DNA from: Myxococcota bacterium
Lineage (GTDB): Bacteria > Myxococcota_A > UBA9160 > UBA4427
Direction: 5' to 3'
NCBI GenBank assembly: GCA_965250285.1
Contig: OZ252299.1
Location: 1,344,001 to 1,408,000 of the forward strand
Length of the DNA stretch: 64,000 nt
Below the pieces are notes generated by a model that was not told where the DNA came from, did no database searches, and saw nothing but the letters and a program-made list of their open reading frames with translations. Position numbers and translations under genes: made by a program. Shown piece by piece: positions 47,168 to 57,297 of this stretch (position 1 is the first letter of the stretch; each line of letters opens with the position of its first letter).

Positions 47168-47494
47168 CCCCGACGCCGATCTTGGGCCGGCCGGATTTCC
47201 GGGACTCCGACCCGCGCTCCGGGGACCCCACGGCTCCCTTGAGTCGCCACCACAGCCCCTTCGCCCACAGTCCACCGCGAGAAGTCGATTCTGAGGTCCA
47301 GAAAGGGCCCCTAAGGCCCCATTCTTGGACCTATCTCGATTCGCCCGACCAATCACCCACGCGCGGAGATAGGCTCGAGAAAGGGCCACTGTGGGGGTGA
47401 TTTGGGGAAGGTGTGGAGCGACTCCCAGGCCGGCAGGATTTTTTGGGACCCCTATTCGGGCTCGAGGGACCCAAGGCTCTTGTGGGGGGGCGGC

Positions 47495-48130
47495 TTACCG
47501 CCAGCGTCGGCTCACTCCCAGGCCCATGAGGCCGAGTCCCAACAGCAGGGCGGTGGTCGGTTCAGGGATGACGGTCCAGGTGCCGGCGTTCGAGCCTGCG
47601 ACGAACTCAACAGAGCCAAGGTCGGTGCCCGCTGCCGTGCAGACTCCCTCCCCTGTCACCGCCGTACACTCGAAAAGGTTGCCATAGTCAGCGTTCTGCG
47701 CGTTGGGTTGATTTGTAGTGCTGATCAACGGCGCCTGTTCGCCAACCGAGGTCGGCTCGAACAAGAAGCCCTGCGCAGAGATGTACCACTCGTCGATCGC
47801 ACCGAATGCGTCGGTTCCAACAACGAATGCACTCAAGACCGCTGAAGAGTCGGTTAGCGTGCTGCGTCCGTCCGACACTCTAAAGCTCAGCAAGTTTGGT
47901 TCAACGTCCTGGGGTGGGGAGTCCGCCGCGAGCGGCGCAGCGAACTCAAGAGTTACAGACACAAAGTCTGACGTCGTGAACGATCCAGACGGCGAAGTCT
48001 CGTCTAAGAAATGGGTAAACGGCACTCCGGTGTAATGGTAGATCACGGTCGCGGTGGAGGGCGCAGCGATGGCAAGCGAGAAAGCGATCAGCACAGCGGC
48101 GCGGTAGATCAGCAATGTGAAACTCCCCAA
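47495..48130 (-). CDS. PEP-CTERM sorting-domain protein
   Basis: Signal peptide; C-terminus IPEPTTALLLGLGLMGLGVSRRWR. Confidence 0.9.
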   Translation of the reverse strand: MGSFTLLIYRAAVLIAFSLAIAAPSTATVIYHYTGVPFTHFLDETSPSGSFTTSDFVSVTLEFAAPLAADSPPQDVEPNLLSFRVSDGRSTLTDSSAVLSAFVVGTDAFGAIDEWYISAQGFLFEPTSVGEQAPLISTTNQPNAQNADYGNLFECTAVTGEGVCTAAGTDLGSVEFVAGSNAGTWTVIPEPTTALLLGLGLMGLGVSRRWR

Positions 48131-48951
48131 GTTGAGATCGGGCTAGGCGGGGAGCTGCGCGCACCTCTCGCGCGACGGTTCCCTTCCCAAGAGACCGGGA
48201 GAGTCTGACATGGTCGAGTTTTAAGCGCCTAGCCGATTTCGATGAGATTGGAGTCCCGGAGATCTGGCATGGGGGCGCCGAGCCTTCTCTGGGGCGGATC
48301 AAGATGGGGAAACGGATTTCGGTTCGCTGGGTAAGGCGAGATATACCGAGGGGTGAGAAAGCGCGTTTGGGAGCTACCGGAGGGGGCCTCGAATTCACAG
48401 AGACGAGCAGTCGACCCACTCCCTCGTCAACCTGAGCGAGCCCGCCCGCCTGACAGGCCACATGAAGCGCCGCCCGCAGGACCACCCCCACTCGGTCGAG
48501 CTAGGCCCTCGCTCACAAACAGGTTCTGAGCCTTATCGGGCCCGGCTATCCGGTCTGATTCGGGACTAGTTCTAAGCGCGCGACTGCTTTGCCCACTCGA
48601 AGAGCTGTGGTTCTTGAACATCGGATTTCGGAGCAGGTGGGCTGGAGGTGGGCCGACAGCCGCGCCACGGAAGCGGAAGGGCGAAGCGGCTGGCGATCTA
48701 GCTACCGCGGCCCCCGTCCTCACCTGCCTCGAGACCCAAGCCGAGGATCTAGGCAAGCCGGTGGGCAGCGTTGCAGCGGAGATCATTGAGCGAGCGCACT
48801 CGCGGCAGAAGAAGGCTGGCGATTGAGGCGCCAGCGCACACACCGATCGGGATTTAGTCAGGTGGCTTGGCTTCAGCCCTCACGGGCAAGCCGCCACGGG
48901 CTACTCGGACGCCGACGGTAGGCGCAATCGGTAACGAATCTACTGGCATCT

Positions 48952-49692
48952 CTACGGCCGCGAGCCTGTACGCTGCCGCAGCACAATGTATGCGGTCAAT
49001 GCGAGGCTCATACCTACTATGCAGGGCCCTATGAACGCGGGCAAACTCGGAACTGGCGACGGGGGATCGCAGTCCATGGTCAGCTCACCCGATGATGCGC
49101 TTGGTGTCGCAGGGATCGGGACTGAGTTCGCACGTGCTTCGATGTTCAGGGTGTACATGCCATACGGCGGGGTGAGCGGATCGAACTCGATTGGGCGCAG
49201 GGCGACGGTGCGCGGCGCAGGCGTTGCATCCGCGTAGTAGCCGAAGCGGTCAATCTCCTCAATCTGTCCAGATGGATATGTTAAGACAAGGGCGTGGGTG
49301 CCAGCATTCCCAGAAAATGTGCCGAGGTGGCTGACTGTGCATACCACCTCCTCAGAAACGTTGAAGGCCGCCTCCACTCTAAAGCGCGCGTATCGGGTCT
49401 TCTCCACACCCGCAATTGACACGCTGTAGTCGAGCTTGATGGTGTCAGTCGTTGCTTCGAGCGTCGCAATGGCTCGGCTACCTTCCCACGAAACGTCTAA
49501 GTCGCCGGTGTAGGGGGCTACCGGCGGGGGCACGTATACCTGCTCGAAGTTGCTATGGGGGCTCGTGTCGCCCTCGCGGGCGAACGCGTCCCACCAGATT
49601 CCGGCATACGACAGCTGCGCGTAGGCACAGCCCGGCAGTACGAGAGCCAGCGCGACTGGGGCTGCGCTTAGAAATCGGAACCAGTGCGACAT
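48952..49692 (-). CDS. Exported protein with IPTL-CTERM-like C-terminal anchor
   Basis: Signal peptide ending AYA; C-terminus PVPSL + TM + RQR. Confidence 0.7.
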   Translation of the reverse strand: MSHWFRFLSAAPVALALVLPGCAYAQLSYAGIWWDAFAREGDTSPHSNFEQVYVPPPVAPYTGDLDVSWEGSRAIATLEATTDTIKLDYSVSIAGVEKTRYARFRVEAAFNVSEEVVCTVSHLGTFSGNAGTHALVLTYPSGQIEEIDRFGYYADATPAPRTVALRPIEFDPLTPPYGMYTLNIEARANSVPIPATPSASSGELTMDCDPPSPVPSLPAFIGPCIVGMSLALTAYIVLRQRTGSRP

Positions 49693-49796
49693 CCTGGTGA
49701 TGTCCACGACGTACCCCCCCACCCGGAATCCATCTTACTACGGGTCATACTCCCCGTGCACCGCGGCGCAGATCTGATCCCTGCCCCCGGCCGCTG

Positions 49797-49934
49797 TCAT
49801 CTTGAGCCATCTTCGGTCTCTGGCAGACGCCCCGCCTCCAACTCCTCAAGCACATGCGTTGCGATGATTTCGGCAAGCTTGTCGAAGAACGCGAGCTGAT
49901 TCGGCGGGACGTCGGGCGGGGGCTTCGCGGCCAT
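49797..49934 (-). CDS. 45-aa hypothetical protein (not in ORF track)
   Basis: RBS GGAGG; MAAKPPPDVPPNQLAFFDKLAEIIATHVLEELEAGRLPETEDGSR. Confidence 0.45.
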   Translation of the reverse strand: MAAKPPPDVPPNQLAFFDKLAEIIATHVLEELEAGRLPETEDGSR

Positions 49935-50343
49935 CACCACACCCTCCAGAGGATCAGCACTAGCAGCGCTATCTGGATGGTTTCCCCCCAGCGCATCGGC
50001 CGGATCCGGCCAGATATCTTCGCAACGAGCACAGAGGTGGGGATCAGGTGGAGCGCGACGACGCTGCTTCAGTGTCCAGCTTGAGCAGCATGGTGCGCAG
50101 CGAGTCTCATCAGGTCCTCGTCGGGAGAGTCGGCAATCGCCTCGCCGAGTTCTTCCGCTTCGGCCCTCACCGCTGACTCCAGCCGTTGCATCGCCTCTTC
50201 ATCGGTCCCGGCAAGGCCCTCCAGATGGGTTCGGATCGACCCGTCCATTCTATACACGGAGGGAGGCCAGCAGCTGGAACGTCTGTGCTGTAGGGGCTGA
50301 CGATCTCGCTGCGGAGTGGTACTCCCCACGATGAGGGAGTGAG

Positions 50344-50757
50344 TTGGGTGAGAAACTGACACTACCACTGCTCTCAAAGGAGCAGTATGTGCTGCCACGC
50401 ACTCCGAGCGGAAGCAAGCGCGCGCGGAACAAGGCGTTCAACGCAATCAAGCGGAGCGCCCAGGCGCTCGACGGCTCTCCTTACGAATCGAATCGCATCT
50501 TCGCGAGTATCGCCGTCTACAGTCTTCTTACATAGCAAGCCATCGCCGCCGTGAGGCTTAATGCACTCACTCACCCAAACGCATGGAAGCGGAAGCTTGC
50601 GCTCCGAACCATCCTCCTGTCCCTCTACGCACGGGACGTTGACAAGGTGAGCGGGTGTCGAGACGAAGCCAAGGTGATAGCGAAAGCCCACCACGATTTA
50701 GAGGAGTGGCCTGGCGTTGGTTCAGACGTGCCCTGTGTGTTGTGCGCAAGGATGTGA
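50344..50757 (+). pseudogene. Probable gene remnant split by in-frame TAG at 50533-50535
   Basis: ORFs 50344-50535 and 50551-50757 share one frame and read as a continuous helical protein. Confidence 0.4.
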
Positions 50758-51664
50758 GATCGCCCGGGGGCCAGAGTTCGGATCGTACTTCGACTGCAAG
50801 AACTGCGGACGATTTCGTTCCGATCTTGGGAGCCTGACCTTGTTCATGCGGCGCCATTCCGACCGCGAGCAGCAGGCAGTCTTGAGCCACGCGATCCGGA
50901 GTCGCCAGCGCGATCATTGGTCGCCACACGTAACTCCGATATGGGCAGAAGCGGTCCTTAGCGATCGGCATCTTCCGGATCCTGCCACGCAGGCGCAGAA
51001 TCTGCTCCTGTGGCTGGGGCAGCAACTGCGTCACCCAGGGAACGCTGTAGTGCGCTTCCCTTCAACGCTCAGGGCCACAGTCGGGGCTGTTGACGAGGAA
51101 GGAGCGAAGTTCATTATCGATGCGCTAGTCGGTCGCGGTCTGGTTTCGTCACTCGGCACCATGGACGGATCGAAGCTAACTCTGACGTTCGACGGATGGG
51201 ATGAGTTTCACAGGCTCCAAAGAGAATCAGCCGACAGCCGACGTGGATTCATGGCCATGGGCTTCAGCGAAGCACCAACGGACGAGCTTTTTCGCGGCCA
51301 CTTCAAGCCCGCCGCTCTCCGTGCTGGATTCGAACTGCTCCGGCTGGATGAAGAACCAGTGGCTGGGCCAATCGACGAGCGCCTCCGAGTCGAAATCCGG
51401 CGTTCGGCTTTCCTCGTGGCAGATCTCTCGTGCGCGAACCAGGGCGCGTACTGGGAGGCTGGATTCGCTGAAGGGCTGGGAAAGCCGGTGATTTACAGCT
51501 GTGAACAGTCAGTCTGGGACGATCCCAAGACGAAGCCGCACTTCGACACCAACCACTTGCACACGATCATCTGGGCACGTGAAGAGATGGCGGTGGCTGG
51601 TGAGAAGCTCATGGACACCATCCGAAACACGCTCCCAAATCTCGCAAAGATGGAGGACGAATGA
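50717..51664 (+). CDS. Zn-ribbon + winged-helix + nucleoside 2-deoxyribosyltransferase/TIR-like domain protein
   Basis: CPVC..C.NCG; LT..GW; GFMAMGF...R.D...I...IRRS.FLVADLS..N.GAYWEAGFA.GLGKPVIY.C...HFD. Confidence 0.8.
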   Translation: MVQTCPVCCAQGCEIARGPEFGSYFDCKNCGRFRSDLGSLTLFMRRHSDREQQAVLSHAIRSRQRDHWSPHVTPIWAEAVLSDRHLPDPATQAQNLLLWLGQQLRHPGNAVVRFPSTLRATVGAVDEEGAKFIIDALVGRGLVSSLGTMDGSKLTLTFDGWDEFHRLQRESADSRRGFMAMGFSEAPTDELFRGHFKPAALRAGFELLRLDEEPVAGPIDERLRVEIRRSAFLVADLSCANQGAYWEAGFAEGLGKPVIYSCEQSVWDDPKTKPHFDTNHLHTIIWAREEMAVAGEKLMDTIRNTLPNLAKMEDE

Positions 51665-51903
51665 CCGTCGCAGAATTGATGAGCCAGCTAGAGCGCCTTG
51701 ACTCCAATCTGCGGATAGTCGTCTACACGGAAGGCGAAGGGCTGCTCGGGTAGGAGGGTGTGCGTGTGTTGGATATCGCTTGGCGTGCCAGAGAGGAGAC
51801 TGTGCGCACGCGAAGCGACAGCTCTGGGGCGGTTTGGCTGAAGAGTGCGGGCCAGGGTGACGGTTCGAGGGTTGCCCTGCTCGAGGTCACGTTCGACGTG
51901 TAG
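51661..51903 (+). pseudogene. 80-codon gene interrupted by in-frame TAG at 51751-51753
   Basis: ATGA overlap and RBS GGAGG; MTVAELMSQLERLDSNLRIVVYTEGEGLLG*EGVRVLDI...ALLEVTFDV. Confidence 0.55.
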
Positions 51904-51966
51904 CCAGGCAAGGCTGTCACGTGGCGCAGCGAAGAAACGAACGGCTAGGGAAGGCCGAAGTGAGTG

Positions 51967-52479
51967 ATGAAGGCGTTGGCTGAGACTGTCTTTCTGAGCG
52001 AGATCGTTTTTCAAGCGAGGATCGCCGAGCGAGCAGCATCGCGACTCGGCGATCAAACCTCCGATGTTGACCACGTCGATGTCTGGTCAGCGATCCAGTC
52101 GATACTAGTCGCCGCTGGGAATGTCTCGAAGATTCTGTGGCCCTCAGAGAAGAACGCCGAGCGCGGCGAGCACCTGAGGAAGCTCCTAAGTGTCGACGAC
52201 GGCAATCCGCTCAAGAGCAGGAAGCTTCGAAACCACTTCGAGCACTACGATGAGCGAATACAAAGCTGGTTTGAGGAAAGTGGGTCGGTCGTCTATCTCG
52301 ACCCGGAGATTCGGTCGAGCGCAGGCCATCTGATATCGATGCCACGTGCTAGCCACCGATCATTCGATCCGACAACGATGACGGTGACGTTTCGGGGAGA
52401 GACGACAGACCTCAAGGGCATCCTGTCTGCGCTCAGGGAGATCCGTGAGCGCTGCGGACGATATGTTCTGAACCAGTAG
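51967..52479 (+). CDS. HEPN-like helical protein
   Basis: All-alpha pattern with R-x4-H motif RNHFEH followed by DER. Confidence 0.6.
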   Translation: MKALAETVFLSEIVFQARIAERAASRLGDQTSDVDHVDVWSAIQSILVAAGNVSKILWPSEKNAERGEHLRKLLSVDDGNPLKSRKLRNHFEHYDERIQSWFEESGSVVYLDPEIRSSAGHLISMPRASHRSFDPTTMTVTFRGETTDLKGILSALREIRERCGRYVLNQ

Positions 52480-52613
52480 CCGACGAGGTACTCGGCGAGT
52501 AGGCGCCTCCAGTTACAGAACCGTGCCCACTTGATCTAGCGTGGGCAAGCGCTTGATCACTCTCCACAGCGAGTCGGCACATGCAGCTGCGCCCCAACGG
52601 TGAGGCCACCTAC

Positions 52614-52919
52614 ATGCTTGACATCCGGGCCCTAGCCGAACGCATCCCCGATGAGATTGAGCGTATGTACGCCTGCACCACGCGCTCGGCTCATACCGAC
52701 TCGTTCGACAAGCTCGTCGTCGAGTTCGAGCAGCCTGACTTCGTTGCGACGGTCTCGGTCTGGGAAAACGGCTGCTGCGATGTCGATTGCCTAGCCGGTC
52801 GCGAGGGGTCGTTTTGGCATGGTGAATTCGAGTCGAACGCAGCGGCAGTGCCGGCGATTGTTGCCGTCCTCGAGCTGCTGCCAGAGCTTCCGCCTTCTAT
52901 TGGCGGGCCGGTCGAGTAG
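52614..52919 (+). CDS. Probable polymorphic-toxin immunity protein (TriTu-like)
   Basis: V.FE....ATVSVWENG.CDVD......H.EF pattern; 101 aa, acidic. Confidence 0.5.
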   Translation: MLDIRALAERIPDEIERMYACTTRSAHTDSFDKLVVEFEQPDFVATVSVWENGCCDVDCLAGREGSFWHGEFESNAAAVPAIVAVLELLPELPPSIGGPVE

Positions 52920-54064
52920 CGGTCAGCAACAGTAGAGTTGCTTTCTCTGAGGTGGAACATCCTCCGCGCTACGATCTAAGCCTACCAGTCGCAGGTGTTC
53001 TCGCACGTCGATTCCCTGCTGCCAATCGGCTCGGCGCCCGGCCCGAGCCCGGTAGAAAGCCGGGCACTATCTCAACTCGGGCGCATGTCGCCGGTTTGCC
53101 AGATGCGCGAGAAGCGGTCGCCGATAGAGCGTAACCGCTCCTGCCATCGAAGCCGGGTTGCGACGTTCTCTCAGTCATCAGCAGCGATAGACGAGCTCGC
53201 GAAATCTGTAGTGACGGAAGTGCCAATGGCGCCCCCAGGTTATCGGCCCTGTTTCGCGAAGTGCGAAGGCCCTTGGGCGCGCTCTCCCTCTGCCGTTCCT
53301 GGAGCCTCCGGGAGAAACGGGGCCTCGTTCAGACGCAGCGCACTCCTTCCCCCGAAGTGGTCGATCATCTACAAGACCGGGTCAACTCCAAGATGCTATC
53401 GGCGACTGTCCAGTTCGAGTCGAATATGCGCGCGCGTCCAGCCCCCCCAAGAAAACGGATGCGATCCCATCAGCGCCTACCGGTCCTGCAGTCCCCGTGT
53501 GCACACTGGGCGTCGTGCGTCGGTCGCGGGTGTTTGCCCGACCAAGACTGGCGTGCAACGCGCTGCGTTGAAGGGAGGCGGATCGAAGGGGCTACGGTTG
53601 AAGACGCGCCGCAGTTGGCACACTTGTGTGTGGTTCGCGGTGAAACCACATCACTGGATGAGCGGTGGATTCCCTGATGCGTATTCAAGTGTCTTGTCAC
53701 TCACTACACGGCACCTCGGCGACGCGATACGGTGTTTCGTCTTAGGGAGATCGTGCGTGCTTGAATTCCAAGACTCGGCGAGGCTCAGCGGAGGCGCTAC
53801 CAATAGCCACTCACATTCGACTGCCGACCACTTTGACCCGGAAGTCGTTGAAGAAGGCCATGCTGGATAATCGACCCTGGATGCATCGCGGCTACGGACG
53901 CCAACTGCGTGGCACCCCCTCGCTTGTTGGTGAACGAGGCGGTGCTCGATCTCAGCGCTTGCGACGGTCTCCCTCGGCCACTAGAGGGCCCTCGATGTCG
54001 ATTCGGCGACTGGAGACTGCGCCAGCAAGATAGATTTACGTTTGACACGGGTGGAGAGTGAGAG

Positions 54065-54394
54065 ATGCGTACACAGATCGATCGAGTCGCGACCATCGGC
54101 GCATTGAGCCTATTGGTGATCATTGGACTGACGAGCCTAGTGTCCACTGCTGAACAGCCGGGAGCGGGTGCACAGGAGATCACCATCACCTGCCAATGCC
54201 TAACCAAAGCGGCGGGCTCGCACTGCCAGTCCCCTGTCAGCGAGCTGCAGGCCTTCACGTACCACCTATCGGGACGATACGAGAACCCGGATCGCCCGCA
54301 CGATGCAGACTCTCTGCAGCGCTATTGCCACAGAAACGCAGATGCAGCTTGCCTCTGCACCGATGTCGACATGTTTAGCGGGAAGATCGAGTAG
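54065..54394 (+). CDS. Small secreted Cys-rich protein
   Basis: RBS GGAG; signal peptide; six Cys (CxC..C..C..CxC). Confidence 0.7.
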   Translation: MRTQIDRVATIGALSLLVIIGLTSLVSTAEQPGAGAQEITITCQCLTKAAGSHCQSPVSELQAFTYHLSGRYENPDRPHDADSLQRYCHRNADAACLCTDVDMFSGKIE

Positions 54395-54658
54395 CGAAGT
54401 CTGCCGCGGCGCCCCCTGTTGGTAGGTGATGTATGGACGGTAGTCGCCGCGTGCGATGCTTCGGTTCGCATCGCGCGCACCGGGAAGCCTGTGCGGGCGT
54501 CAGGGTGCAGTAGACGCGGGCAGGCTAGCTTCGACGAATCCTGGCCTACCGTGACGCCCATCCGAGAACTCTGCGAACGCGAAAGGAGCCGCGTGCAGTA
54601 TCGCCAAATCTCACGAAGACGGTTGCGATTGCGTCTCGACCTACGTCGCTCCAACTCG

Positions 54659-56554
54659 ATGCGCCGCTCGAGATGGGTCAGCCGGACCGCAGCACTCGTC
54701 GCGCTCTACGCATCCGCGCCACTGGCCGCTGACGATCCAGCGAACACCGGCGGTCAAATAAGGCCAATAGCAGTCTCGGAAGCGACGATTCAGCTCGACG
54801 GGAGAGTGATTGAGATTCACCGCGGTGCCGAACACGGAGACGCATCAGGTTCCACGACATACTTCCACAAGCCCATCTTGGCTCTTCGCGAGATCGAAGA
54901 GCCCCTGGAAGAAGGCTGTCCAACCTATGTCAGGAGCATTAGGTCAATGGACGACGCTGACTACGTCCGTCTGTCGTTCGTCGCATCCACACCGCGGTTA
55001 CGCGCGATTGCAGAAGACCGGGTTAGGAGCAGCCGGAGAGAGACGCAATGGCTCCGCGACAAAGGCCTTGAGGCAGAAGACGTTGCCGTTCTCCCGTGGC
55101 CAACGAGCGAGGTAGTGGTTCGAATCATCGATCAGGACAGCCAGGCAGTCCTCGCCGCCGGGCAGGCACCGATACCCTCGGGCGACCGTGCTCACTACTA
55201 CGATGTCTCCGTCGTCCCAACGAGCTTCGGTTCCGCTCAGCTTTGCGATCGGCTGTCGGAAGGCTCGATTCGCATTCATCTCGGCTTGGGATATCCGGGT
55301 GTACGCATCGAAACTGCCAAGGCCGAGTCGCTGGCGAGCATACGGCTTCAATCCGCGATCACAAAGGCTCTTGAGCACGCCAATCTCGGCCCGAACGTGC
55401 CGATCTTCCAGAACCAAGAGCGCGCGCTTCGCTCTCAGCTCACCGAGGAGCGGGCAACAATAGTCTCCGCCGAAAGTGCAGAAGTGGCGAAGATGATCGA
55501 CACGGTCTCGTTGGAGAGGATCCTCCCCGCGCTGGACTGGCAACCATACGAGGAACAGGACGCCGACTTCCAGAAGGCGCTGGCGGCGTACCTGGAGCCG
55601 CAGATCGAAACGATCGTAGCTGCTCGAAAAGAGTATGAGTCGGAGACTGACACCAGGGAGATCGCAGATAGCGTAAAGCTGTCGCCCGGAGGCAAGTCAG
55701 GCCCGTTCGATCTCAGCCGTGGCGAGACGCGTACCCTCGTTGCTACTTCGGGCGTCGATTTCACGGAGACAACGACAGACAGTGTACTCAAGCCCAGCAG
55801 GGCTCTCGTGACCTACTTCAACACAGATTGGCGCGATGAGTCCCGACGAGCGATCGCCTACGCCCATTTGGTAACTGCTACAAGCGATGCGATCGTTGCG
55901 GAGGACGCGATCCGCCCATCGTTCAACGAGGCGTCAATCAAGGAGATTCTGGATGGTAGGGATACTCACGACTACTACTCCGAGATACCACTGGGCGCAT
56001 CCTTCTGCTACTTCGGGTCCGGACAGAATCCGCCGAACGGATTCGCATGGGCAGATGGTCGAACCGATTGGCCGAGCGCATCTTGGGTTCCGGAAGAACT
56101 GCGATCAACGCCAGTTCCTGATCTGACGGATCGCTTCATGTCTGGAACTGATAGTGAAGAGAGTGTCGCGCGCGAGTACGAATCCAGCTTCGCGATCCTC
56201 CAACGCCCTGCGGAGAAAACGAGCGTTTTGTTCTCGGGGGCAGGCTACGTGCTTGACGGCGAGGTGCCCGTTCCCAAACTATTCGGCAGTAAGGATCCAA
56301 TTGGATGGCACGTTCCGCTCTATCCAATCTTCGCGCCAAACACACACCCGGCTGGGAACGACATCGCAGGCTCGGCGGGTGGCCAGTTCCCGGGGCTTCT
56401 AGGTGTAAACGCGGCTAATCCGCTGAAGCTAAAGAAGGTCACGATCAAGGCCGTTGAACACGCGTTTCCCGAGAAAGAACGGACAATCGACCTTTCAACT
56501 GCCGAAGCGGCACCTCCTCATATCAAGTGCCGCTGGATCATCCGGGTGAACTAG
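54659..56554 (+). CDS. Secreted protein with C-terminal phage tail-collar-like domain
   Basis: Signal peptide ending PLAA; PLG...YFG....PNGFAWADG...VPDLTDRFMSG...PPHIKCRWIIRV. Confidence 0.7.
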   Translation: MRRSRWVSRTAALVALYASAPLAADDPANTGGQIRPIAVSEATIQLDGRVIEIHRGAEHGDASGSTTYFHKPILALREIEEPLEEGCPTYVRSIRSMDDADYVRLSFVASTPRLRAIAEDRVRSSRRETQWLRDKGLEAEDVAVLPWPTSEVVVRIIDQDSQAVLAAGQAPIPSGDRAHYYDVSVVPTSFGSAQLCDRLSEGSIRIHLGLGYPGVRIETAKAESLASIRLQSAITKALEHANLGPNVPIFQNQERALRSQLTEERATIVSAESAEVAKMIDTVSLERILPALDWQPYEEQDADFQKALAAYLEPQIETIVAARKEYESETDTREIADSVKLSPGGKSGPFDLSRGETRTLVATSGVDFTETTTDSVLKPSRALVTYFNTDWRDESRRAIAYAHLVTATSDAIVAEDAIRPSFNEASIKEILDGRDTHDYYSEIPLGASFCYFGSGQNPPNGFAWADGRTDWPSASWVPEELRSTPVPDLTDRFMSGTDSEESVAREYESSFAILQRPAEKTSVLFSGAGYVLDGEVPVPKLFGSKDPIGWHVPLYPIFAPNTHPAGNDIAGSAGGQFPGLLGVNAANPLKLKKVTIKAVEHAFPEKERTIDLSTAEAAPPHIKCRWIIRVN

Positions 56555-56697
56555 AAGAGCCCCACCCAAGTTGCGTCGCCTCAGAGTGCTCGCACAGCGC
56601 CTAGGCAGTCCGACCGCGGATCGCTGACAAATCTCCCGCAGCGCCGAAGTGTTATCTCCTCTCATGCAACCGTCGCCGGCTAGTTCCCTCTTCAACC

Positions 56698-56946
56698 GTG
56701 GGCGCATCGCATGCGGTGCTCGAGAGCGGCGCCGAACTCGAGTCCGGCTACATGGTTGCCATCGACGCCGTAGACGCGATTGCCCGACACCAACCCGCCT
56801 ACGAATCGGAGTTCGGTATCGAGACGCCTGAGCACGCAGGCGGGCTGAACTCGTGCGGCTGCCACTTCAACCGCAAAGAAGGCACGTGCCATTGCCATCG
56901 TGATCGCGGATGTGGGTGCGACTGCCAGCCAAGCTCGTGCCAGTAG
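56698..56946 (+). CDS. Small Cys/His-rich YHYH-like domain protein
   Basis: HAGGLNSCGCHFNRKEGTCHCH..CGCDC...C; 5' end uncertain. Confidence 0.6.
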   Translation: MGASHAVLESGAELESGYMVAIDAVDAIARHQPAYESEFGIETPEHAGGLNSCGCHFNRKEGTCHCHRDRGCGCDCQPSSCQ

Positions 56947-57297
56947 CTGAGGTCAGTCACGCGCCACCTACCGTTCGGAAGGCCCACCCATTCGGGTGGG
57001 TGGCGGGGCGAGCCGATTGATCTGGAAGATTCCTTGAACTTGGCGGGGCGACGCCGGATCTCGCTTGCGCGGGTTTTCGTGTGGGCTGCTTTGTTGCAGC
57101 GACCGTTCGAGGTCGCCGCCGTCAGCTCATCGCCAACTGGACTCGGCGTCGTCCGCATTGCGCACTACGGACGCCCGCGGTCGCTCGGGTAGGCGGGCGC
57201 TAGATGGGAACTCAGAGTGTCCGCTGGTCCACAAGCACCCTTCGCGAGCACTGCATCTGGCAGGATCTGGGTCACTGACCAGGAGGCTTGCGAGTCG

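Noticed and set aside
48614..48826. Possible ribbon-helix-helix regulator remnant
   Set aside because: Only a short C-terminal helical resemblance; no credible start
52950..54033. Several overlapping ORFs, one with HSHSTADHFDP resembling a metallo-beta-lactamase motif
   Set aside because: Motif is followed by a stop within 10 codons; no consistent coding frame
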